Notes: generated by a model not told the origin, from the letters alone. DNA of 64,000 nucleotides from Candidatus Latescibacterota bacterium (GCA_965243025.1 CBDETY010000003.1:1728001-1792000), one strand, 5' to 3'. Counted from the stretch's first letter, positions 9,448 through 19,415 are shown. Program-made: numbers and translations.

Positions 9448-10656
9448 GTGTCGAAGATCAAGGAGATTCGCTGCATCAGAAGCCGGGCAGGGGGCCACTG
9501 GGTCATCGTCAAGGTGATCACCGACCAGCCCGGGTTGTGGGGAATCGGTTCGGCAAACGACTACCACCACTCATCCGCGGTGGTAACCGCCATGGAGGAA
9601 GTCGTCGCCCCCCGTCTGATCGGCCGCGACGCCGACGACATCGAGGATATCTGGCAGAGCACCTTCACCAGCGCCTACTGGCGCAACAGCTCGATTCTCA
9701 ATGTCCTTCTCGGGGGCATCGACATGGCACTGTGGGATATCAAGGGGAAGGAAGCCGGCATGCCGGTCTACCAGCTGCTCGGGGGCCGCTGCCGCACCGC
9801 AGTCCCGTGTTACGCCCACGCCAGCGGCAACGATTTCGAGAGCCTCGCCGATGATATCCAGCGCTACCTCGAAGAAGGCTATCCGGTGGTCCGCTGCCAG
9901 CTGGGCGGGTACGGCGGCGGCGGTTTCATCGAGTCGGAGCGCGCTGCCCGCCCGAAAAACGCCTGGCCCGCCTCTCACGTCTTCGACGACGAGGAGTACC
10001 TGGCAACGATCCCGAAGATGTTCGAACACCTCCGGGCGAAGCTCGGGTTCGGTCCCAAACTGACTCACGACGTACACGAACATCTCAGGCCGCAGAGTGC
10101 GGTGGCGCTGTCGAAGCTGCTGGAACCCTGCCGCCTGTTCTTTCTCGAAGACGTGCTGCCGCCGGAGCAGATCGCCTGGTTCCGGATGATCCGCGAGCAG
10201 TGCACGACCCCGCAGGCGATGGGTGAGCTCTTCGTCAACCCGCACGAGTACGTGCCCCTGATAACGGAGCGGCTGATAGACTACGTGCGCGTGCGAGTGT
10301 CGAAGGCCGGAGGAATCACCCCTTGCCGCAAGATCGCGGCGCTGTGCGAATTCTTCGGGGTTCAGACCGCCTGGCAGGAAGGAGGGGACAACGATCCGGT
10401 AAACCAGGCGGCGGCGATGCATCTCGACATGGCTTCACCCAGCTTCGGCATTCAGGAGGAGAACCACTTCAGCGAAGAGGAGCTCGAGGCGTTCCCCGGC
10501 CATGCCGTGCTGGAAGGTGGATACCTCTATCCCAGCGGCAACCCCGGACTCGGAGTCGACGTCGACGAGGAGAAAGCAGCCTCCCTTTTCGACCGGCCCC
10601 GTCCGACTTACGCCGCCGAGGACCGGCGCGCCGACGGTTCGGTGGTGCGCCCATAG
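9448..10656 (+). CDS. enolase-superfamily acid-sugar dehydratase (RspA/ManD-like)
   Basis: IDMALWDIKGK, LLGG, HDVHE, FFLED, MGELF metal-ligand motifs. Confidence 0.88.
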   Translation: MSKIKEIRCIRSRAGGHWVIVKVITDQPGLWGIGSANDYHHSSAVVTAMEEVVAPRLIGRDADDIEDIWQSTFTSAYWRNSSILNVLLGGIDMALWDIKGKEAGMPVYQLLGGRCRTAVPCYAHASGNDFESLADDIQRYLEEGYPVVRCQLGGYGGGGFIESERAARPKNAWPASHVFDDEEYLATIPKMFEHLRAKLGFGPKLTHDVHEHLRPQSAVALSKLLEPCRLFFLEDVLPPEQIAWFRMIREQCTTPQAMGELFVNPHEYVPLITERLIDYVRVRVSKAGGITPCRKIAALCEFFGVQTAWQEGGDNDPVNQAAAMHLDMASPSFGIQEENHFSEEELEAFPGHAVLEGGYLYPSGNPGLGVDVDEEKAASLFDRPRPTYAAEDRRADGSVVRP

Positions 10657-10696
10657 CCCGGACATATTCCCGGTCGGCTGCGTGCAAAACGGGAAG

Positions 10697-12061
10697 GTGG
10701 TCTCATCCATCATCGCGCTGGTCCTGCTGGGCATCGGGCTGGCGGCACCCTTCGACCTCCTTTCCCCGGCGGCGCAGCGAGCCCTCGGGGTGACTGTCTG
10801 CGCGGTGATCCTGTGGACGGCGCGGCCGATCCGGATCGAGCTGACATCACTCCTCCTCCTGCTGCTGATACCCCTGGCCGGGCTGCTCTCCTTCAAGGAG
10901 ACTTTTCAACCCTTCGCCAATCCCACGGTCTGGCTCGTATTCGCCGGCCTGGTGCTGAGTCTCGCCCTCTGCTTCTCCGGCCTCGACCGCGCCCTGGCGG
11001 CGAGGGCGGGGAGGGTGCTGGGAGGCAGCAGGTTGCGAATGCTTGTCTCACTCCACGCCATGGGCCTGGCCGCCGCTCTCCTCATCCCTTCCGGAGTCGT
11101 GCGGGTCCTGCTGCTCGTGCCCTTCGGCGTCGCTCTGGTCGAACGGGGCCGCGGCAAAGGCAATCCCCTTCTCGAAGTGACGGTTCTGCTGTCGCTGGTC
11201 TGCAGCACGTACTACGGAGGCTGCGGCATCCTCACGGGAGCGGTGCCCAATCTCGTGGTCGCCGGAAGGCTGGAAGAGGTCACCGGCCGCGTTCTTTTCT
11301 GGGGGGAGTGGCTGCAGTGGATGTTTCCCGTCATCGGCGTGCTCCGTACGTCCCTCTGCCTCGGAGTTGTCTGGGTGCTGTTCGCACGCCGCCTCCCCCC
11401 CTCCAGCCTGGAAACCGGGCCGCAGGTTTCCGTTGCACCCCTGGACGCTCCCCAGCGCCGCATGCTGGCAATCCTTCTCTCCGGGGTGGCGCTGTGGGCG
11501 ACGGATACAATCCACCACCTGCCCCCGGTGTACGTAGGGCTGATTCTCGTGGTTGCCTGCCTTTTTCCACGGTGGGGGCCGTTGCGTATCGCGCAGATCC
11601 GCCAGGCCAACCTCCCCTTCCTTTTCTACCTGGTGGCACTTTTCGCAATCGGCAACATCCTGCAGCAGAGCGGCTTCACCGGACTCGCCCTGGACTTCAT
11701 GCTGTCCCGCGCGGACATCGACTCGCTCCCGGCCCCGGAGCAGCACCTGGCGATAACGGCGGTGGTGCTGCCCCTGGATTTCCTGATGGATATCGCAGCC
11801 GTGGCGGCTGTCGTGACACCCACCATGCTCGAACTGGCCAGCCTGCACGGACTTTCACCGGTTGCCGCGGCCATGAGCGTCGCCATGGCCACGACCCTCG
11901 TTTTCCTGCCCTACCAGTCCGCCCCCTTCATGGTAGCCCTCGAGTTCGGGCGTTTCACCATGGGGCAGCTCGTCTCCTGCATGATGGCGATATCGATTCT
12001 CTCCGTCCTGGTGTTGTGTCCCCTGAACGTTCTGTACTGGTATGTTTCGGGGTTGATCTGA
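10697..12061 (+). CDS. SLC13/DASS-family anion permease
   Basis: Many TM segments; FANPTVWLVFAG, LTGAVPNLV, FLPYQSAP motifs. Confidence 0.8.
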   Translation: MVSSIIALVLLGIGLAAPFDLLSPAAQRALGVTVCAVILWTARPIRIELTSLLLLLLIPLAGLLSFKETFQPFANPTVWLVFAGLVLSLALCFSGLDRALAARAGRVLGGSRLRMLVSLHAMGLAAALLIPSGVVRVLLLVPFGVALVERGRGKGNPLLEVTVLLSLVCSTYYGGCGILTGAVPNLVVAGRLEEVTGRVLFWGEWLQWMFPVIGVLRTSLCLGVVWVLFARRLPPSSLETGPQVSVAPLDAPQRRMLAILLSGVALWATDTIHHLPPVYVGLILVVACLFPRWGPLRIAQIRQANLPFLFYLVALFAIGNILQQSGFTGLALDFMLSRADIDSLPAPEQHLAITAVVLPLDFLMDIAAVAAVVTPTMLELASLHGLSPVAAAMSVAMATTLVFLPYQSAPFMVALEFGRFTMGQLVSCMMAISILSVLVLCPLNVLYWYVSGLI

Positions 12062-12254
12062 CAAGCCCCGGGTGATTTTTCGGGCGCTGGCGATCATCGA
12101 TTTCAGTGGTTATTATCTGCAAATACGGTTGCCGCTTTCCGTAGAACCACTCCGGACCGGGCTCCAGCCGGATGGTTTCCGCGATTGCCGAGCTGGCTTC
12201 CCGTATCTTCCCCCCTGCTTTTCGCTCTAAAGCCCACTCCCCCCGGATCGCCCG

Positions 12255-13682
12255 ATGACGGACCGCGTCGACAACGTCCTGGCCTCCCGCTACGCGAGCC
12301 GGTCGTTGCGCCGCCTGTGGTCGGAGCACGGCAAGATCCTGCTCGAGCGCGAGTTGTGGATAGCCGTGCTCAAGGCGCAGCGCGACCTCGGCCTGAACAT
12401 TCCCGCCGATGCGATCGAGGCGTACGAGCGCACCAAGGAGCAGGTCGATCTCGCTTCAATCCGTCGCCGCGAGGCCGGGACAAGGCACGACGTCAAGGCC
12501 AAGATCGAGGAATTCTGCGCCCTGGCAGGTCACCAACAGATCCACAAGGGAATGACCAGCCGCGACCTCACGGACAATGTCGAACAGTTCCAGGTCCTGA
12601 AGAGCCTTCAGCTCATCGCGCCCAAGTACGTCCACCTCCTCGACTGCCTGAGCAGGCGCAGCCGGGAGTGGCAGGATCTCTCCGTGGTCGGCCGAACCCA
12701 TCACGCCGCGGCTCAGCCGACCACAATGGGAAAACGGCTGGCAATGTTCGGCCAGGAGATGGTGCTCGCCTTCGGCCGGCTCGAGGAACTGGTCGAGCGC
12801 TATCCCCTGCGCGGACTGCAGGGGGCGGTCGGTACGGGTCTCGATCAACTGACCTTGTTCGAGGGGGATGTCGAAAAGCTTTCGCGGCTGCAGCGGAAGG
12901 TTCTCACCTGTCTCGGGTTCCGGGGCCAGCTGGTCGCGGTGGGCCAGGTCTACCCGCGCAGCCTCGACTTCGACGTCATCAGCTGCCTCTACCAACTGGG
13001 CGGCGGCATGGCAAACCTGGCGCGCACGCTGCGACTGATGGCGGGGGCGGAAACGGCGACGGAGGGTTTTGCCGAAGGTCAGGTAGGATCCTCGGCCATG
13101 CCGCACAAGATGAACACCCGCAGCAGCGAGCGCATCAATGGACTGGAGGTGGTCCTTTCAGGGTACGTGCAGATGGCGGCCGGAATGGTCGGCGACCAGT
13201 GGTTCGAAGGGGACGTCTCCTGCTCGGTGGTGCGCCGCGTCGCCTTGCCCGACTCCTTCTTCGCTTTCGACGGCATGCTCGAAACCGCCCTGCACGTGGT
13301 GGAGGACATGGGGGTCTACCCGGTCGCCCTGCAGCGGGAGCTGGAGAAGTACATGCCCTTCCTGGCGACCACCACCCTGTTGATGGAATCGGTGCGCCGC
13401 GGCGCCGGTCGCGAGCAGGTCCACGAGGCGGTCAGGGAACTGGCCGTCGACGCCGCCCTGCGCATCCGGGACGGCCGCGAAAGCGACGGCAGCGGGCTGA
13501 TCGAACGGCTCGGGGAGGACGGCCGCATTCCTTTGACGACCCGGGAGATAGAAGAGATACTCGCCAACCGCGATTTCGTCGGGGGAGCCCGCGACCAGGT
13601 GAGCCGTTTCATCGCGGAAGTCGATGCTCTCGTGAACCGCTATCCGAAATCCCGGGAAGTCTCCAAAGGCCGCCTTTTGTAG
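12255..13682 (+). CDS. purB: adenylosuccinate lyase
   Basis: TRHDVKA, HKGMTSRD, GSSAMPHKMN signature. Confidence 0.96.
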   Translation: MTDRVDNVLASRYASRSLRRLWSEHGKILLERELWIAVLKAQRDLGLNIPADAIEAYERTKEQVDLASIRRREAGTRHDVKAKIEEFCALAGHQQIHKGMTSRDLTDNVEQFQVLKSLQLIAPKYVHLLDCLSRRSREWQDLSVVGRTHHAAAQPTTMGKRLAMFGQEMVLAFGRLEELVERYPLRGLQGAVGTGLDQLTLFEGDVEKLSRLQRKVLTCLGFRGQLVAVGQVYPRSLDFDVISCLYQLGGGMANLARTLRLMAGAETATEGFAEGQVGSSAMPHKMNTRSSERINGLEVVLSGYVQMAAGMVGDQWFEGDVSCSVVRRVALPDSFFAFDGMLETALHVVEDMGVYPVALQRELEKYMPFLATTTLLMESVRRGAGREQVHEAVRELAVDAALRIRDGRESDGSGLIERLGEDGRIPLTTREIEEILANRDFVGGARDQVSRFIAEVDALVNRYPKSREVSKGRLL

Positions 13683-13698
13683 GCGGCCTTTTTTTTTT
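13665..13698 (+). terminator. Rho-independent terminator overlapping the purB stop
   Basis: AAAGGCCGCCT-tttgt-AGGCGGCCTTT followed by a long T run. Confidence 0.85.
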
Positions 13699-13737
13699 GC
13701 AGCACAACCAGTCGGGAACCAGGAGACTGCAAACCGG

Positions 13738-14481
13738 ATGAAATACGAACGGGTCTTGTTGAAGCTGAGCGGGCGGGCGGTTTCGGGAGCGCGGGAGTTC
13801 GGATTCTCTCCCGAGTCCCTGGAGCATATTGCCGACGAGGTTCTCGCCCTGCACGCAAGGGGGGTGCAGATCTCGATCGTCATCGGGGGCGGCAACATCT
13901 TCCACGGCCACCTCGCCGCCCAGTGGGGGATCGAGCGAGCCGAGGCGGACAACATCGGCATGATGGGGACCATCATCAACAGCCTGATGTTGCGAGGCGT
14001 CCTCAAAGGGCGCTCCAACTCGTCTGTCGAAGTCCGGGTCATGACCGCAATCCCCGTTAACACGGTCGCCGAACCGTTCATACGGCTGCGCGCAGTCCAC
14101 CACCTCGAAAAGGGCTACATCGTCATTTTCGCCGGCGGTACCGGCAACCCTTACGTCACTACCGATTACACCGCGGCGCAGCGAGCTCTCGAAACCCGTT
14201 GCGACGGTCTCCTCTTCGCCAAGAACAGGGCGCGCGGGATCTTCACCGCCGACCCGCGCGAAGATCCGTCCGCCCGCATGTATCGCCGCGTGAGCTACGG
14301 TACGATCCTGCGCAACAATCTCACCGTGGTCGACCAGCAGTCGGTCATCCTCGCCAGGGACCATCATCTGCCGTTTCACGTCTTCGACTTCGCCGAAAAG
14401 TCGACGATCGCCCGCCTCTGTTGCGGCGACACCGAGACCGGAACCTATGTAGGCGACGTCGGAGAGGACGAATTGGCCTGA
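13738..14481 (+). CDS. pyrH: UMP kinase family protein (divergent PyrH)
   Basis: LLKLSG, VIGGGNIF, DNIGMMGT, GTGNPYVTTD. Confidence 0.8.
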   Translation: MKYERVLLKLSGRAVSGAREFGFSPESLEHIADEVLALHARGVQISIVIGGGNIFHGHLAAQWGIERAEADNIGMMGTIINSLMLRGVLKGRSNSSVEVRVMTAIPVNTVAEPFIRLRAVHHLEKGYIVIFAGGTGNPYVTTDYTAAQRALETRCDGLLFAKNRARGIFTADPREDPSARMYRRVSYGTILRNNLTVVDQQSVILARDHHLPFHVFDFAEKSTIARLCCGDTETGTYVGDVGEDELA

Positions 14482-14671
14482 TCCTGTCTTTCGAGCGGCA
14501 CCAGGGACCGCTCTACCCGGCCACACCTGCAACCTCCGCGGCTTCCGTCAGGTTCCGTTGGAGCAGGTTGACAGCACCAGATCGGTTGAACCCTTACAAT
14601 TTCAAGATTGAAAACGACTGTTTGCGACGGCGGATGTTCCGCCCGAACCACGGCAACCATGGAGGAATGAA

Positions 14672-15310
14672 TTGACTGCGGCTGAAATCAAGGCAACCAA
14701 CATCACCTGGCACGAGGGCCACGTGGCGAGGCAGCAACGGGAGGCCCGGCTCGGCCAGAGCGGCGTCCTGGTCTGGCTCACCGGACTTCCCAGCTCCGGA
14801 AAGAGCACGATCGCCTTCACCGCCGAACACGCCCTGGCCGCCCGCGGCTTCCACGCCTACGTCCTCGACGGGGACAACATCCGCCATGGCCTCAACTCGA
14901 ACCTGGGGTTCTCCGCGGCAGACCGCGCCGAGAACATCCGCCGCATCGGCGAGGTAGGAAAACTGTTCGTCGATGCCGGCATCATCACATTCAGCAGCTT
15001 CGTGAGCCCGTACCGGGAAGACCGGGATAATGTGCGCGCCAGTCTCGGCGAGGGGGACTTCCTCGAGGTCTTCATCGACACCCCCGTGGAACTGTGCGAG
15101 GAGAGAGACCCGAAGGGGCTGTACGCCAGGGCGAGGGCGGGTGAAATCCCGAACTTCACCGGTGTTTCGGATCCGTACGAACCGCCCGAAAACCCCGAGC
15201 TGGTGATCTCCACGGCATCCTGCACCCCGTTGGAAGCTGCCGCCGTGCTCCTCGATCTCCTCGATGAGCGGGGAAAGACCGGCACGAATCCTGAAAGCCG
15301 TTGCGGGTAA
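14672..15310 (+). CDS. cysC: adenylyl-sulfate kinase
   Basis: WLTGLPSSGKST, LDGDNIRHGL, RDPKGLY, FTGVSDPYE; TTG start after GGAGG. Confidence 0.95.
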   Translation: MTAAEIKATNITWHEGHVARQQREARLGQSGVLVWLTGLPSSGKSTIAFTAEHALAARGFHAYVLDGDNIRHGLNSNLGFSAADRAENIRRIGEVGKLFVDAGIITFSSFVSPYREDRDNVRASLGEGDFLEVFIDTPVELCEERDPKGLYARARAGEIPNFTGVSDPYEPPENPELVISTASCTPLEAAAVLLDLLDERGKTGTNPESRCG

Positions 15311-15314
15311 GGTC

Positions 15315-15755
15315 ATGTCTCTGGTTGACGAAATCCGGTTCGACTCCGCCGGCCTGGTGCCGGCAGCGGTAACCGACTGCGAATCGGGGCGCCTGCTCGT
15401 CCTCTGCTACATGAACGCCGAGGCCCTCGAGAAGACCCTTTCGGAAGGTACAGTCCATCTGTTTCGGCGTTCCCGAGGGGAGGTCGTACCCAAGGGAGTC
15501 GACTCCGGGCACGTGCAGGAGGTCGAGGAGATCCGCATCAACTGCGACAGCAACTCCCTCGAAATCAGGGTGCGCCAGAAAGTTGCAGCCTGCGCATACG
15601 GTTACTACTCCTGCTATTTCCGCCGTTGGGATGAGGAAAACGAGGTTTGGGTCGTCGAAGAAGAGCAGGTCTTCGACCCTGACGAAGTCTACCGCAAGCG
15701 CCAGGGTTATCGATCGGGGACCCGGAAGGAAGCCAAGCGCGCCGGGAAAGGATGA
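15315..15755 (+). CDS. hisI: phosphoribosyl-AMP cyclohydrolase-like protein with a divergent active site
   Basis: GLVPA, YMNAEAL, SRGEVVPKGVDSGHVQ; three Cys retained in NCDSNS...ACAYGYYSCYF. Confidence 0.7.
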   Translation: MSLVDEIRFDSAGLVPAAVTDCESGRLLVLCYMNAEALEKTLSEGTVHLFRRSRGEVVPKGVDSGHVQEVEEIRINCDSNSLEIRVRQKVAACAYGYYSCYFRRWDEENEVWVVEEEQVFDPDEVYRKRQGYRSGTRKEAKRAGKG

Positions 15756-15989
15756 AGGAGATCGCACGCAAGGTTCAGGTGGACGGAACTGCGATCCCTC
15801 AATGAAGCGGCGGAAATCGGCGCCGAAGCACCCGCGCAAGAACCATTCTCCGTATTCCGCATCCGCGTTGGGGACCCGTGCCCAGGCAAGTCCCAGGGCT
15901 CCCTTCTCGTCCATCCTGCGGCAGGATGGCGATAAGCCCGGGTCATCGCTCCGTCGCGCTGCGAAAGAACAACTGCGGCCCGCATTCTG

Positions 15990-17000
15990 GTGATCGCTTC
16001 ATTCAATCGGCTTGCCCGCTACCTCGTCAGCCTGGCCTTGATGGGGATGTTCCTGTACTGGGCGTTCCATGGGATCGACCCGAGGGCTCTGTGGGAGTCG
16101 ATCCAACTGATCTCGGCGCCCTGGGTGGCTGTCATCGTCGCGACCACCCTCTGCACCATCGCTCTGCGCGCCTGGCGATGGATCGCCCTGATGCGTCCGT
16201 TCACTCGCGAGGTCTCACTTCTCGACGCCTGCCTCGCACTGCTGATCTGCTACGCCGCAAACATCGTCATACCCCGGTCGGGTGAGGCCCTGCGGGCATT
16301 GAGCCTCAACTGGAGACGTGGAGTCAGCATCGGCTCCGTGCTGGGAACGGTGGTCGTGGAACGCACCCTCGACATGTTCTGGCTGGTATTCCTGGTCGGT
16401 GCGACCATACTGCTGCTGCGCGAACAGATCGACTTGCTGTTTCCGTGGATGGAGCCGCTCGCCCTGCTGTCCCTGGCAGGCTGCATGGCGATCCTGGTCC
16501 TTCTTGTAGCGGTTTCGGTGTACCGCGACAGTGCGGTCGCCCGGGTCCACGCACTGCTCGGCCGGCTGTCGCACCGGTTGGCCGACCGGGTAACCGGTTT
16601 TCTCGATACTTTCGTGCATGGCCTTCAGGCCCTGCACGCCCGGTCTGCGTACGCGGAGATCCTGACCGCTTCGCTGCTGCTGAATGCCGGATACCTGCTG
16701 ATGATCTACCAGGCCTTCCTCGCCTTCGGATTCGACGAATCCCCCCACTTGCTGGGGATGATGGCATCCTTCGTGGTCTCGGCGATCTCCTCGCTCGGAA
16801 TGGTCCTGCCGACCGCCGGGGGGATCGGATCGTACCATTTCTTCTTCGCCGAAACCCTCGAACAGCTGTATGCGGTTCCGCAGGCCTCGGCCCTGGCCTG
16901 CGCCACCGTCCTTCACGCCATTTCCACGGCGACGTACCTGGTCTTCGGAGGCCCGGGCTTCTTCATCCAGCGCCGCTTGAGCAGGCGATCCGGCGATTAG
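15990..17000 (+). CDS. lysylphosphatidylglycerol synthase TM-domain (UPF0104, flippase-like) protein
   Basis: RAWRW, ANIVIPRSGEALR, VVERTLD, PTAGGIGSYH motifs. Confidence 0.85.
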   Translation: MIASFNRLARYLVSLALMGMFLYWAFHGIDPRALWESIQLISAPWVAVIVATTLCTIALRAWRWIALMRPFTREVSLLDACLALLICYAANIVIPRSGEALRALSLNWRRGVSIGSVLGTVVVERTLDMFWLVFLVGATILLLREQIDLLFPWMEPLALLSLAGCMAILVLLVAVSVYRDSAVARVHALLGRLSHRLADRVTGFLDTFVHGLQALHARSAYAEILTASLLLNAGYLLMIYQAFLAFGFDESPHLLGMMASFVVSAISSLGMVLPTAGGIGSYHFFFAETLEQLYAVPQASALACATVLHAISTATYLVFGGPGFFIQRRLSRRSGD

Positions 17001-17137
17001 CGCCGGATGCAGTTCCGGAGGTACGCGGAAATCATCCGCGAACCTGGGCGCTCGCAGTCTCTTTGTTCCGGGAACTTCAGGGACGGGGCCACCCGTCCGG
17101 GGTGGCTGCAGATGCGGTCAGCGGCGGTTGGGGGCGT

Positions 17138-17983
17138 TTAGAAAACCCAGACAATGAGCATCGATCCGCCCACGTATCCGAACGCCTCCAGCAAACCCGC
17201 TCCGATCCTCGGAGTCTCTGCGGTCTGTTCTCCGGCGAGACTCACCCCGGGGGCGAGAAGCAGGTCGGTCAGTTTCTTGATGAGGTAGAGAGCGACCAGA
17301 CCGAACAGGACATCCGCGGCGAACAACTTCAGGCTCTCCGCCCACCCCGTGAAGTCTCCGCCGACCGAGATGCTGACGATGTTTCCCATGCCGACCAGAA
17401 CGCCGCCGAAAGCAAGGCCTACGGCGGCGTTGTCGCGCTCGAGCTCGTCGTGGATGCTGTGCGACGTGGTCCACTCGTACAGCAATCCCGCCAGCAGCAG
17501 AACGACCTGGGCGATTGCCCAGAACGCGATTCCGGTCTGCCAGGCACCCGCCCCCTGCTGTATTGACAGAAGGATCAGTCCGTTGGCGATATGCAACCCC
17601 GCCTCGACGAAGGCGGTCCCCAGGTTCTGGTCCTCGACGATCTCCTTGGTGTTGTCGAAATGATGCAGCAGCAGCTTTTCACAGATGAAGCTGGCGACAA
17701 GCATCATCACCACCGTCTGCAGGCCGAAGAGGGCGATGGAGGTCAGGTCGGCCTGCAAGCCCGCGGATGGCCCCGTGAGAACGCCCCCGAGGGCGATGAC
17801 GATCCCGAGCAGGTACCCGGCGGTCGAAACCGCGAGGGCGCTGTTCGAACGCCCGAAGATCTCATCCTTCAGGGAAACCCGCCTGTAGATGCGGGTATAG
17901 GCGAACTTGGCGATCCACATCAACACGAACGCTTCGAGGACGTAGACCGCGGAGCGGCCCATGAAGCCCAGTTGTTCTGCCAT
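17138..17983 (-). CDS. DUF350 membrane protein (duplicated domain)
   Basis: Repeated EI..xN.A motifs (DEIFGRSNSALA, KEIVEDQNLGTA, DELERDNAAVG); about 8 TM segments. Confidence 0.8.
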   Translation of the reverse strand: MAEQLGFMGRSAVYVLEAFVLMWIAKFAYTRIYRRVSLKDEIFGRSNSALAVSTAGYLLGIVIALGGVLTGPSAGLQADLTSIALFGLQTVVMMLVASFICEKLLLHHFDNTKEIVEDQNLGTAFVEAGLHIANGLILLSIQQGAGAWQTGIAFWAIAQVVLLLAGLLYEWTTSHSIHDELERDNAAVGLAFGGVLVGMGNIVSISVGGDFTGWAESLKLFAADVLFGLVALYLIKKLTDLLLAPGVSLAGEQTAETPRIGAGLLEAFGYVGGSMLIVWVF

Positions 17984-18057
17984 GCCTACCGAATCCTTCC
18001 CCGGCTGTCAGCCGAACCTCGGGTTGTTCCGGATAAAACCACTTGACAGGCGGCCGT

Positions 18058-18747
18058 TCATTTTCCCCGGCCGAATCCACCCCGGAAAGAGGCGCTCCGC
18101 GCCCGCGTCCCGAAACCGCGCCCCCCGGAGCTTACGCGCTGGCGGTAGCGATTGTAAAAACCGGGACGCGTTTTCTGCGTAACGCTGCCGCGCGTGCCGA
18201 AGGCCGGCCGTCCCCTTTCCTTGGGGCCGAAGTACGGACGTCCGCGCTCGTAGTTGCGCCGGTAGTTCTGGTAGTCGTTCCGCCCGATGTTCCAGCCCCC
18301 GAGCATCTGGCTCATGAAGGCGTACTGGCCGTAAAACTGCCAGAATCCCCCTCCTCCCCAGTATCCGTAACTGGAATTCCCGACGTACTGGTAAGCGGGG
18401 GGATGGGCCTGGCGGACGCCGGTGGTGCGGCCGTCTTGGGATTTCGACGACACCACCATGCCGAGGTAGTGCTGGTAACGGGCGAAGGTCTCCTCGGGAA
18501 CCTCCATCCACTCCGTGGTCTTCGGCTCGTACACGAGGGTGTCCCGCCCCGCGATCCGCTGGCCGGACGCGGTCAGCACTCGAAAGCGGATGAAATAGTC
18601 GGGAAAGAACCCGTCTTCGACGCGCAGGTCGTCGACAATGAGGGAGTATTCCGGGTAGCGGCCCAGATCGCGGACAAGGGTGTCCACCGGATCGGCTGAT
18701 CTGCCGCAGCTGAAGGCGCCGGCGAGGCAGAGCGCCGCCGCTGCCAC
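18058..18747 (-). CDS. lipoprotein with a Gly/Tyr/Arg-rich tail (start uncertain, about 18747-18795)
   Basis: LAGAFSC lipobox; PPAYQYVGNSSYGYW...FWQFYGQYA; C-terminal SFRGGFGRGK. Confidence 0.75.
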   Translation of the reverse strand: MAAAALCLAGAFSCGRSADPVDTLVRDLGRYPEYSLIVDDLRVEDGFFPDYFIRFRVLTASGQRIAGRDTLVYEPKTTEWMEVPEETFARYQHYLGMVVSSKSQDGRTTGVRQAHPPAYQYVGNSSYGYWGGGGFWQFYGQYAFMSQMLGGWNIGRNDYQNYRRNYERGRPYFGPKERGRPAFGTRGSVTQKTRPGFYNRYRQRVSSGGRGFGTRARSASFRGGFGRGK

Positions 18748-18805
18748 CCGAAGCAGGAGGCAGGCCCCCCGGCTCCGACGGGGCCCGGAATCAACCGGGC
18801 CGGGG

Positions 18806-19360
18806 CTAACCGGCAGGCAGGATGTTGGTGAACTGGTACTCTTCGACATACTCACCTTCGTAAGCGGAAAAGTCGCGGTCCCCGGACTGGACGACGTAGA
18901 GAACGCGCCCTGCCTCGCTTTCGTAGCTCCAGCTGACGAACTCCCGGGCTTGCGACGCTCCCGAGGGCCCGGCGTTCTCCACCATGGTGCCGGATCCGGA
19001 TTCGACCGCGGCGTACTCCCCCTCTTCGAACCGGACCTGCTCAGGGGGTTCCCCTTCGTCGAGGATGGTCCCGGCGACGTCCCCGTCGACATCGCGAAGT
19101 GAAATCCGCCGGGTCAGCGTCCACTCGACCTTGCCGTCCTCAGAAGCGCGCTCGAGGAAACGCACCCGATCCCCGCTGGAAATCTGCCACTCGCTCGTCT
19201 CCTGGCCGTCGTAGTCGAACGATGTCATGGCGGTCACCTCCCAGGTCAGGAGGTCGTAGTCGACGAAGAAGCCGATCCTCATCTTGTCGAGAGTGTAATC
19301 GACCAGCGGGTCGATCTCGGGTTCTTTTTCCCGGCGCCACAGCTTCTTGAAACTCACCAT
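18806..19360 (-). CDS. DUF4178-like protein
   Basis: VDYDLLTWEV...EW, FVSWSYES, YEGEYVEEYQFTNILP; located in the PspA operon. Confidence 0.72.
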   Translation of the reverse strand: MVSFKKLWRREKEPEIDPLVDYTLDKMRIGFFVDYDLLTWEVTAMTSFDYDGQETSEWQISSGDRVRFLERASEDGKVEWTLTRRISLRDVDGDVAGTILDEGEPPEQVRFEEGEYAAVESGSGTMVENAGPSGASQAREFVSWSYESEAGRVLYVVQSGDRDFSAYEGEYVEEYQFTNILPAG

Positions 19361-19415
19361 GCGGATTCACCCAGGGATCCGGGCGGAGACCTCGGGGGAG
19401 ACCGGCTCTCGTCCC

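Noticed and set aside
12185-13741. 518-aa ORF overlapping purB, and many similar antisense or shifted ORFs across the window
   Set aside because: They overlap confidently identified genes and have low-complexity GC-shadow composition
14568-14600. TTGACA...TACAAT upstream of cysC
   Set aside because: The 21-bp spacer is too long for a canonical sigma70 promoter
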